From positions 10,412,789-10,476,788 of the forward strand of contig NW_003526943.1 of NCBI RefSeq assembly GCF_000181795.1: a stretch of DNA of 64,000 nt, in the 5' to 3' direction. A program made the translations under genes and the position numbers. The first letter of the stretch is position 1. Every line of letters starts with the position of its first letter. The stretch comes from Trichinella spiralis (Eukaryota). The notes beneath the pieces are model-generated. The model was given only the letters and a program-made list of their open reading frames with translations. It did not search any database and was not told the DNA's origin. Shown here one piece after another: positions 51,661-62,989 of this stretch.

Positions 51661-54600
51661 CCGATTGCATTCAACACTGCAGACTTTCATATTTTTTTTT
51701 CGTTGCTTTGTAAGTTTGTTTGTTTGTTTGTTTGTGTTGAATTTTTATTTTAAATTCATTTCACCCGTATGCGGGCGTGGTGTGGTGGTTTGTTTCTGCT
51801 TCACACAACTGATGTGGCATGTTGTGTTGTGATGAGCAGCTTGCGGCAAGGTTATGTGCCCTACGTGTTATTCAAATGTCCATGTATAACACGTGCGCGC
51901 ACGTCAAAACAGAGAATAAAGTGCGTTTGGAAAATTAAATGCATGCCTATCGGTCGGTCGGTTGGTTGGTTGGTTGATGATGATGATGATGAAAAATCGA
52001 ACACAGCCTTTCGACGTATGTTGTGTGGAAAATATTTTTATTCCTTCTGTTTCTTTCTTTCTTCAACGTATCTTTTAAAAATGCAATTTCAATCAACGTC
52101 ATCGATATCCAATTGAATTCAAATCGCCCCCGCCCACGCGCAAAAAACTGACCAACCTGTGATGATGGTCAACTTTTCGTTGATTGGTTGATTTATATCA
52201 ATTTGAAAAAAATTAAGAAGAAAAGTAGTGTGTGTACATCATCAGAGAAGAAAGAAAATCAAAAATACACACACGCACGCACGGATTCTTTAATTTCTCC
52301 ACTCGAAACTATTCAATCAATTATAATATATGTTCTTCAATTGTCGTCTAGCCTATATGAGAGAACCCGCCCGACCGACCGGCTGGCCGCCTGTCTGTCT
52401 GTCTGTCTGTCTCAACGTCTGGAAACAAAGTGGTTCAACAAATTGTGTTGTCAACGTTTGCTCTTCTCTGGCATATGATTTCCTTTTTCTTTTCACAATT
52501 TGAATTTCAATCTCTTCTGCTTATTACAATTTCATTAACGCCGCAATTTGTGATAATTTTTTTGCATACATTAAAAAAATGGAAGACTGAAAATTTGAAA
52601 AATTCGTTGCTCCTATTATTATTATTATTGCAAATATTATTATCCATTCTTGAAAAACAAATTCAATTGAAAAAAACAATTATTTCTTGAAAGATAAAAT
52701 TGTTTTATAACAACATAAAAAGCAGCACCCCCACCCACAAAAAAATTCTCTGTTCGTGATGAAAAAAACGAAATCACTGATCTTGTTCAAGCGCATGTGA
52801 ATCCATCCATCCGCCCATCTGTCTCAGTTTACCTTAATTTTGCACATCATAAATATGTACATATTTATCTGACTGATTACGTCATAACAGAATTACTACA
52901 GTTCAAGAGATATTAATTTTATAGAAAAAAAATTCTGTAATTTTTCTTCTTCATCAAACCTCTTCTACCTTAGCTGGATCAATAATTTTCAATGTTGAAC
53001 TAGTTGGATACTTTTGTTTTTATTATTATTGATTGCAATAAATTATTAAAAAAGTTGAGAACTTTAAAAAAATTTTTTTTATTCCTTCACGATATTGTTC
53101 CCTTTATTGACACAACTTACCGTATAAATAATTGTCAAGTATTATTAACAGTTGATATTTAATCAAAGAAGAAAAAAAAGTTTTGATATGTTCAATTTAT
53201 TTATTTATCCATAATATTATCTCTGTTGTTTTAAATTTTATTATTTTGAAAATTGAATATATTATTTTTTCTGATGATAATTTTATCAAGTAACAATTGA
53301 AAGAAAAAGAGCAGTTATTTTCTTTTCCAACAGCAACGAGTTTGCAGTGAGCATTTTTGTTCTTGGTCGCAGTTTGCAGAAACAACAACAACAGCCCGAG
53401 AAAAGAAAATCCATTTTCACCAAACCCTGAGAAGAAGCCCTGAGAGAAAAGAAAAGTCTTCTCCATCGGTGATCGTTTTTTTTCCTCTTCAACAGAAGAA
53501 TTCTGTTCATATAAATAAAATTAATAATCAAATTATTCAACTGCTCTTTTTTTGTTTTTTCAAGCATTTGTTTGTTTATTCGGTCAAGTGAGAAATATGA
53601 ATATCAAGAAATATTCTTTTGTCGTTTAAAAGTAAAATTAGAACAAACAGAGGGGGAGAGGGGGAAGGGGAATTTGTAGAAATGGCGCAAGTGGCGAGAG
53701 AGAGAGAGAGAAAAGAAAATGGTCGATCAGAGAGCGTGTTTCTCACTCCATTATTTCAGTCTGTCGCGGCAATCTTCTTTTACACCAAATAACATGCTTT
53801 CAACAGCTGCAGAACGTCAATAATCGACTGTTTGCCCGGAATGTGCAGACGTCGAGTCTAGACAACTTTCACTGCTGCGTCTGCCTTTCACTTCTCCCCC
53901 TTTGCACCCCCACCCCGTCACCCCATCCCTCCCCCCAGCGCAACTCTTTCCAAAGAAAAGCATTTATTTTTCAATTTTATATTTAGCACGCATATATATA
54001 TATATACATATAGCGGCTCGCCATTTTGAAAAAGAAAATTACCCAACACTGCTCTAAATTCTAACCATTGCAATGATTGCTTTGGAATTTCATACTTCTT
54101 TTCCGACTGACCATACGTATAATTAATTAATTTATTTATTTATTTTGCATAATTATTTTTTTGTTAAGAATCAACTTATTTGTTTGGGTGCATACAGTAC
54201 AGTATTGAGGAAGAAAAAAAACGTGCATTTGGTAAAACAAAAAATGACAATACTCTGCAATAAAATCAACTTGTCAATGTAACAAATGTGATAAAAGAAA
54301 AAGACGGCGCAAGTTTGCGTTTTATTCTCAACGGCATTAATTATTAAAATCATACTGAAAAAATTGCATTTCACTTTTTCAGTCGAACAAAATTAAAATC
54401 GCTTCATCGGTCGCAATGTTAACTTTTGCATTAAAAATACATTATTATTATTATTATTATTATTAGAAAAACAATCATAACACAATTTACTGAAAATCCA
54501 ATTTTTCAAAAAATTAATAATATGGTAAAATTATTTTTTAAAATTCATGTTCTTCATTTATTGAAAATATATAAAAATCAAAACAAATATATTCAAATGA

Positions 54601-54959
54601 TATTCGTTTAACAACAAATGATAAATTTATAAAATTGTCGCAAAGTATTATTATGTGCAATTTATGTATCAAATAATGTAAATATTAAACGCAACCGGCA
54701 TGAAAAGGTCACCTTGTTTATTAAGTTAAATAAATATATTCTGCTGAAAATACCACAAATTCGAGAGAAAACTTCGAAACAGATGTGGATTTGTGATGCG
54801 GAATCAAAATCATTCAAAATTTGATGCATTCACACGCAGAGATTTTCATTATCTAGAAACTTTATGAAAGCAAATTTATTTAAATTCATTTCTTTTGCTC
54901 AAGCAAAATTAATTAAGTAAAAAACCATCGGCACTACAAAGTAGCTAAATGTCGGTTTC

Positions 54960-56525
54960 TTATTCCAAGTGTCGTTCGAATTTAACATAGCTGGCTGAGT
55001 CCAACAAGCTGTGCATCATGTAGCTAAATTATCACAGCTTCAATACGGAATATAATTAATTTGAATATAGAAATTACCCTATTTCACGATTTTCGTCACT
55101 GTCGGCATTTGCAGTCCACAAGCATACTTTGTGACCTTTCGAACGAACGTTGACTGCAACACCACAAATTTCTGCACCCAAACCGCTGAATTGTTCACCA
55201 AGTACAGCCATCACTAAATCTAACCAACATTCATCTAAAACTCTCCCTTCTTCTGAGCGATCAATACGAATTATCCATCGACCACCATTTTTATTACGAG
55301 GGTCTTCCCACATCGGACGCACCCCTTCTTTGAAATAGTAAAAATCACTATTGTTTGGAAGAGAGCTGGCCTTCTGTATAAAATTGTACAGACTAAAATG
55401 ATCAAAGTTAATAATATTCTTATTACAATTATACAAAAAAGAAAAATATACGCCCAAAAGTCTTCTACTGTATTGAATGATGCAACTTCCTTCAAACGGT
55501 CTTCCCAACTTATTTTACGATCATTTGTGAGGTACCACAGTACCCAAGTATGCTGCAGAGGATGTTTCACCATGTCTGTCAAAGAAAAGTTGTAAAGACT
55601 TTCAATGCCACTCTCCTCTTCTTCGAAGCCATTTTCCGAATTTGTAAAACGCTCATCGTACAACTAAATTTCAATTTTTCAATTATAAAACTGCTTAAAT
55701 CTTCACAACAATCAATGCAAATTCATTTCTTATTTAAAAAATTATAAACTATCAAAAAAATATGCAAATACAGACGTATCAACGAGGGGTATTTCAATTT
55801 TCACAAATTAATTGACAATTATTATCATTATTATGAATGCTGCTTTATTAACAATTTTCACTTTACTTATTCAGTGTTTAATGTCAGTTTGAAATTTTAA
55901 ATGCTATGCTTTTTCGTCGTAAAGTTCAGAAATCAATTAATGGAATAAAGCCAATCAAAGTGAAATACTTAAAATGAAAAATCTTATTTCTGTTAGTTAA
56001 AACATCTAAAAATAAAAAATACAGTTTCCATGACAAAAGAAAACAAAGCACTGACTCCACTACCTCATCAATGTAATACATAAGGTTCTGCAATAAAAAT
56101 AACTGATATTTGATTCGTCTTTTCAAAGTATAAATGATCAAACTCACCAATATATATATATAATTATTAAATACAAAATTAACACTTTAATAAAATATTT
56201 CATATACTTTCATATTATCTTACTGCTTATTATTGTTCATTATTATTATTACTATTACATGAGCATCGTGCTGTCTATTCTATTATATACTACTTATTAA
56301 TTTTATTAACTGCTCACTTTCACAAAATTTTTTTTTAATTAAAAATAAAACAATACTTGAAAATGTTTAAAAACAGTTCAAAATAAACTGTTTGTTTTCT
56401 AAATCTGTATAAAAAATACTGCTTAAACGAGCAAAAGGTAAATTATAATGTTTTACCTGGTCTAAAAAATATTCAGGGTCGGAAACAGATTCCAAACTAT
56501 CATCAGAGGAATGCACAATTTCCAT
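54960..56525 (-). CDS. eIF4E: Cap-binding translation initiation factor eIF4E (class I), 219 aa; exons 56525..56457, 55663..55452, 55392..55078, 55023..54960
   Basis: KHPLQHTWVLWY, SWEDRL, TVEDFWALYN, FKEGVRPMWEDPRNKNGGRW, WLDLVMAVLGEQF, CGVAVNVR and KVCLWT. All junctions are GT-AG and in frame. Exon 1 is less certain. Confidence 0.93.
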
Positions 56526-58959
56526 CACCAGGAAAATAGATAAAACAAATTTTTCTTCTTTCCTAGATAAAAAATAAGAAAAACAATCAACATCACATTA
56601 TCATATAACTGCTATGCATGAGCTACAAGTGCATGAAATCTAAGTAAAACCCATATGAGTTACCATGAATACAAAAACAGTGAATCGAATACTAATAGTC
56701 ATAATAAAACAATTTAAATAATGAAAAACGCGACTAAACACAAATAAGAAAAAGCGTGACAGTACAGTTTTCAAATAAAAGGAACAACTTAAAGTAAACA
56801 ACTTGAAATAGACCAAGGAAGTCATGTGACTCTTATCTCTCGTATATATAAAGAAATAATGCTATATTATAAAAATATAAATAATGCTTATTAATACATG
56901 TTAAGTAAAACGCATAAACTTTCCTTGAAAAAAGGCATAAAAGAAATACAGAGAAAGTAAAAGCTGAATATAATGTGGTTTTGCCATACTGTATTTTGAT
57001 TTTCAAGTTCAACTACATAACTTCATAGCATGCAATTTTTGAAGTTTAAAATTTTTTAAACTTTAAATCTTTTATGTCTGATTGGTTAAAATTTCAAAGT
57101 ATTTTACTTTACTTTGATCCTTGATCATCATTTATTCCTCATCCTTTTATTACTTACGCGAAAATTAAACTTCAAAAACACATGCAAGTAAAACAAAATA
57201 TTTTTATAAAATTTTTGCATAAAGATTTTACCTAAATTTAACTTGTATAAAATAGAAATACTTTCTCAAAATAATTATTCGGAAGTAAATTTATGCAAAA
57301 TCAATATAGCGGTTAAAATTACAAAGTGTATGTACTGCTTATCAGAACATTTGTCTTTAAAATTACGTGGCTAAAATTTAAATCAGTGCAAAAAATACAT
57401 GCAGTTTTATTTCGAAAAGTATATTTTATTTATTCTAGCTTAATTTGGGTGAAATTTCATTCTAAAAATGTTTGTCATTCTTAGCCTTTTTATCAACAGT
57501 TCATATACAAGTTTGCATATTAAATATGTATTTCAGTGCTTCTCGTTCTATAATAGATCTTTTTGTATGACAAACTTTACGTCTATAATGTATGTCGTGG
57601 GGGTAGATTCAGGCATACTCTGCTAGCTGACCAGGATTGTCTCTCGTTTGCTCAATTTTCGCATCAATCTTTCTCATAGTATTACCAGAGAACAGAAGCT
57701 TTATGAAGCAAGTACACGACAAGAGCATCATTCACAAAGCATGCTCTAGCCACGTACTTCCCTGTCCCACTTCTGGGAAACTTGATGGATTTACTAAAAA
57801 GATTTACTTCGAAAACAAAGGATTTTAAGACATAATGTGTAATAGTGAAAATTTCATTTAATAGTAAATAGAAAACTTTAGCATAACTTCTGCTTTTGCG
57901 TTAACAAAAATTAGTTACACATTCCAAAGTAAATATACTTAAGCCCCACGTTTAACTTCTTTACATTTGCTCAATCTTTATGTATATATTTTCAAGCAAA
58001 AAATTAAAAGAGATGTTTTACATTATATAACAATACGTAGCAATCTTTCAGGTTTCTTTGCAGTTTAATTGAAGGCATACAGCTTTAAAAATAATGCTAA
58101 TACATAATAAAACAATACATTATCAACAGCTAAAACTGATCAGCTTAAATTTGGAATGAAAACTATTGAATGCTAGCACTGAAATATTTTTTCTAATTTT
58201 TGTTTGGCTGTTCTCTTCAAATTTTTCTTGTTTGCAATCAAAGTAAAATTTCATTTTTATCTTCACAAAATTTTTTTCTCCCTCTTTGATCAGTGTCTTT
58301 GCGTTTCTTTCTCGGTTCTATTTAAATAAAAAAATATAAATCTGGAATTTCATTTACAAATAAAATTTGTTCATGCATTTTGTGTAATTGTGCAAAAATG
58401 AAGTTAAAGTTTTGTGCCATGGAAACAATGAATGGCTGCATTGCATGCTCTTCTTTTAATTACATCGAAACTTTAATACACGTGAACTTTAGAGAAAACA
58501 AGAAAAGCTCTTTCGACAGCATTTTACTCAAAAACATTTTCAGACAGCGTAAATTTTCACTTTTAGCTCACAGACAGCATATTCCTTTCAGTTACTAAAC
58601 ATAAAAATTTACCGAGCAGTTTCAAGCTTGTTGAAAAGCAGCTTTGCTATTCAGTGGACGAAAAATTATTCAAAATGACAAATTAAGTTCTCAATTTATG
58701 AAAACTTATAAGTCTATAATCAAAGAGTACATGTGTTATTACTTGAAAATTTTCAAATCTAGCTCTGCATCATTTTGTTTAGCATGAAACTGTGGCTTTA
58801 TATCTCAAATGTCATCCTACTCTAACGGTTTTCGAATTGCATAGATTGAAAGCACTGACTTATTTATGAAATGACGTCATCCAAATAATTATATCATTTG
58901 AATTTTGTTAAATAACTATAGAGTTTATATTATTATAAAAATAAATATATATTATCAGC

Positions 58960-59120
58960 AAATTATGATAATAATAAAAAGCTCATGTTCATTTGCATGT
59001 TGATCTTTTAGTGCCGTGCTATTAGTTGACTTTTGTTTATAATTATAATAATTATGTGCGACGTCGAATAGACGGCGTTATTCCTTTGTATAGCAGAACA
59101 ATTGCATAAAAACAGTTAAA
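58960..59120 (+). repeat. Diverged direct repeat, copy 1 (copy 2 at ~61629-61775)
   Basis: Both copies share AAATTATG...AATAAAAAGCTCATGTTCATTTGCAT...TCTTTTA.TGCCGTG...TTAGTT...TTGCATA. Confidence 0.8.
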
Positions 59121-59667
59121 AATACATTGATGCATTTATTCGACAAACATCAAATGACATAATGATTTCGATCACGTCATTCCATAAATAGGCCTGTAAT
59201 TCGAAAAAGTAACAAGGTAAGTGAGCTGCAGGATTTGTACATTTTTATAACATTTTAATGCAATAACATTCAATTATAAAAAAGATAAATATTAATAAAT
59301 AAAACTAATCGTAATTAATAAAAAGGCCATTTCGAAGAGAATGCAATCAAATAAGCATTTGCATTATTTTATAGAAATTCTAAAAAGCATGTAAACCAGT
59401 CTTATTTTCAAAGCACGCAGATTTAAACACATTTATAATTTACTGAAATTTTGCTTTACAGCTCTATAATAATATATTCTTTTGCTTAGAAATTTGTAAA
59501 TTTCAATAATCTCACTAGTTCTGAAAACAATTTTCACCATTATTACACATGATACTGCACGACTTTAATGCATGTTGATTGTAATGACAACCTAATAGAA
59601 CAAAGCAATGCAGTAAATGACCGGAGAGCTTTCTCACAATCAAGATTTACTTGAGCCATTTAACATT

Positions 59668-59725
59668 TCAAAAAAACATAACATTATTCAACGATGTCAA
59701 AAAAACATAACATTATTCAACGATA
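59668..59725 (+). repeat. 29-bp tandem duplication
   Basis: TCAAAAAAACATAACATTATTCAACGAT(G/A) occurs twice in a row. Confidence 0.9.
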
Positions 59726-59949
59726 TCAATAAAATTCAACAATATCAATATCACAATAAATATATAAACAGTGAGCAGTGAAACACGGCAAAGGAGTATA
59801 TTACAAAAGTATCACGTTACAGGTAAAGTATCAATTCAGGTGTAAATTTGTTTGCAGTTTTTCAAGCAATTGTTAATGCAGTTTAAAAATGCACTGCAAA
59901 TGATCAGATGATTTTCATTTATATTGTAGAACCTATATAGCACTGCACC

Positions 59950-60660
59950 AGGTCGTCGTTACGTCCATATGGGAAACCGCAGAGGTCTGTGGTTGTGCAA
60001 ACGAAGTAGACGCCTCTTAATGAGGCAAGTTTCGAAATGAATATCACTTCATGATAACCCAATTCTCCATATCAGCTTCCTCTTTCAAAAGAAATATTTG
60101 TTTGTGTTTTTTTAATTCTTTAAAACCAATATCCTTTAATAAAACGAAGCATCTGCAGTATGTCGGCTGTTGACTTGCCACAGGATACATACAGCATTCC
60201 GCTATCAATTTTTCATGACCATTGAATGACACGACTGATGCTCATAAGACTTCCAGCATTTCTTATTCCAGTGTTCTCAATTTGTCAATTTCTTTTTCAG
60301 AATCTTCATTTCCAAAAATCTCTTCTAATACTTCTTGATGCTATTTTAAAAATATTTTTCTCTAGTTCTATTCCTTATGAGGCATTCTCTTCACAGAAAT
60401 AGTGAAAATCTTGTTATGATACTTTAACTTAGGCAGAGCCACATATGTAGTGACAAATTTCAACCAACGACCATTGCGACCAGCATAAACTTCCACTTTC
60501 TGTCGTTGCTTCAGAGGCACTTTGCTTTTATACAAACAAAAAGCCAATCATGAAGATTGGCCAATGAAATGTCACCTTGACGAGCAATTTCTGGAATTGC
60601 CTTCTAATTCTGACGTACACGTGTGGCTTTCGATTGTCATTGGTCAAGTATTTTAATAAT
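59950..60660 (-). pseudogene. Decayed unit A of an unknown family (CCAAT/TATA promoter-like head plus stop-interrupted coding remnant)
   Basis: The minus strand aligns with 62990-63720 on the plus strand. The remnant reads QEVLEEIFGNEDSEKEIDKLRTLE*EMLEVL*. Confidence 0.55.
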
Positions 60661-61628
60661 TTATCAAGCGCCATCTGGTTGTTTAGTACGAAATTGAGAG
60701 ACCTAATGTTCACTTTATTGCATTTTGCAGTGTTTACTTCAAAAGCGTAAAAAAGATCTGTTTTCACTGTTTCCCAGAGGATTCTTATGAAATTACCAGA
60801 ACTTTTGGAATTTCAATACAGAATTCTTTTAACTTATAATTATTAATAACTAATTATACGTATAATGGATACAATATTTAATGCGTCGTTAGTCAAATTT
60901 TTTTGCAATTCTGATAACTTTTGAAGTTGAATTTTTAATAATGTAGAACTTAAAAGCAATATTTTTATAAAGTATAAATATTTCTAAATCATTATATAAG
61001 GAATTTTTTCAAATTTCAAAAAATAATAAATATGTAATTTTAAGGTTATAAAAACTGGATATGAAAATGCATAATTTTAGAAATGTGAAAGTCAATCAAA
61101 GTAAGTTTTCCGTTAAATCACTGTCTTTAAAAAACAGCATCGTTTTGCATGTTTTTAAGACGTTCAGTAAAATAACGTGAACTCTGTTGAAGCGGCAAAT
61201 GCTCATTTCATTCCATTCTCTTCAGAAGGGTTATTTTGAAAAGAATCCAACTTAATTGTCACTTTCAGTTCACATAAAACATCTTCATTTAAATTACTAA
61301 GCATGACATTGCACTAAGCAATTTTTAGGTTGTTTAAAAAAACTTGCGCTCACTGGCTGATCAAATACAGTTCTCAAAACAGAAAAAAATATTCATTTTT
61401 TAATTAGAAATATAATGTGCTACAGTGTTATAAAACTTTACAAGTTGTACATCGCACTTATTTGTTTTTATCCATAGCATCAAATTTTATTCTAATTTCA
61501 TTATGATCTCATGGTTTTCAATTGCAGCTTTTGCTTTATCGAATTGATGAGCTTGAAACTACTAATTTATTTATATCACATGAATGTTGTTGAATAAATG
61601 AAGAATTTATGTGATGTGCCTGATGAGT

Positions 61629-61775
61629 AAATTATGCTGACAATAAAAAGCTCATGTTCATTTGCATATAGTTCTTTTATTGCCGTGTTGTTAGTTAATT
61701 ATAATTTCTTGTGGTGATAAAAAATCAGTGTTATTTCCTTGCACAGCACAACAGTTGCATATGAACAATGAAAAA
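61629..61775 (+). repeat. Diverged direct repeat, copy 2 (copy 1 at ~58960-59120)
   Basis: Same AATAAAAAGCTCATGTTCATTTGCAT core and collinear downstream matches. Confidence 0.8.
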
Positions 61776-62024
61776 ATAAATTGTTATTTAATAAATTTCA
61801 GCTCATTGTGATCCCTGCTTTCTTTTTTTTATGTCTTTTTTACAATTGCAATAAAACAGTCAATGAAAAAACAAATTTTTAAAAATTATAAAACAGAGAC
61901 GTGAAAGTGACTGGCTAAATGCCATGGTAAACATATTGCAACTTCCGCATTTTAAACCAATCGGCGGTAATCAATAACTACCCGCCGGCAATTGTTGAAA
62001 TGTTGCACTGATCGCAGAAAATTA

Positions 62025-62140
62025 TAGCAACACTTCCGGGTATGATGCGAACAAAATCAGAATTTGTCTGAAAATTCTGCAATCTGGCGCAACCAGTATT
62101 ATCTTGTCCAGAAAATGTAAGCAATTGTTAGCGTGAATGT
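62025..62140 (+). repeat. Diverged ~110 bp direct repeat (second copy ~62817-62920)
   Basis: AGCAACACTTCCGGG...AGAATTT...TCTGGCGCAAC...GAAAA...GCGT matches AGCAACAATTCCGGG...AGAATTT...TCTGGCGCAAC...GAAAA...GCGT. Confidence 0.7.
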
Positions 62141-62989
62141 GAATTTTGATAATCAAATCAAGTAATGAATTAACAAATCAAATAATCAAATAACAAATCA
62201 AGATATTAAAGCACAACAAAGTGGCTGTGATATAATAGAAGTAAACCCTCCATCTACCCATTAATTTTTTTTACATTGCCAGGTTTTTTACTCTTTTCCC
62301 ATATATTTCTTATGCCATATTTTTAATAATGTTTTTTTAAGCGCAACACTGAAACTCACAAAAAATGTTTACTAAAAACTTTGCGCATTCATCACAGTCA
62401 GTGTATGGTAGTGAAGTTCAATGTGTTACAGAGCAGTAGTATTTGCTGTCGAATCAGTTGCAAATTTCAAAATTGCCTAATAGGATTGAGCTTGTAATTT
62501 GCTGATCTTTTTCTAAAATTACACAGAAAATTTTTATTTTTAAATGTTAGTTTCTTATTGTCAACTGTTTTAACTGACAACAGTATAAAAAAGCATTTCT
62601 TTTTATTATTCAGCTTACACACTTCTAATTAATTAAATTAATTAATTAAAGTTAAAAATGGTTGTCAAGGTTGGAAAATTTTCATTTTAAGCTAATGCTA
62701 TACATTAACCTTGCTCTATGTTCAACATTTAAAAAACTTTTTCAAAAGAATTCTTAGATTAGCTAATTTGCTTCGTCTCTGTGTTACTTTGAGTTTCCTT
62801 TCAAACAACAAAATCTTAGCAACAATTCCGGGAAATAAAGAATTTTATGTAAAAAATCTACAGTCTGGCGCAACAGTGCTAAATTATCCCGAAAAGCAGA
62901 CAACGTTGGCGTATATGCAGTTGTTGAAAGTTAAAACAAAAGAAAAAATAAAAGACAAGAGAAAGGTAGAAGTAGCAATTTCAAGGAAA

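Noticed and set aside
38508..53567. Numerous 60-170 aa ORFs in the miRNA region (for example 39883-40404 and 51178-51504)
   Set aside because: Low-complexity translations of microsatellites and pyrimidine tracts, often with non-ATG starts and no domain signatures.
56059..56067. Perfect let-7 8mer seed match (ACTACCTCA) on the plus strand
   Set aside because: It is antisense to an eIF4E intron and 6.5 kb from let-7. A single such match in 64 kb is plausible by chance.
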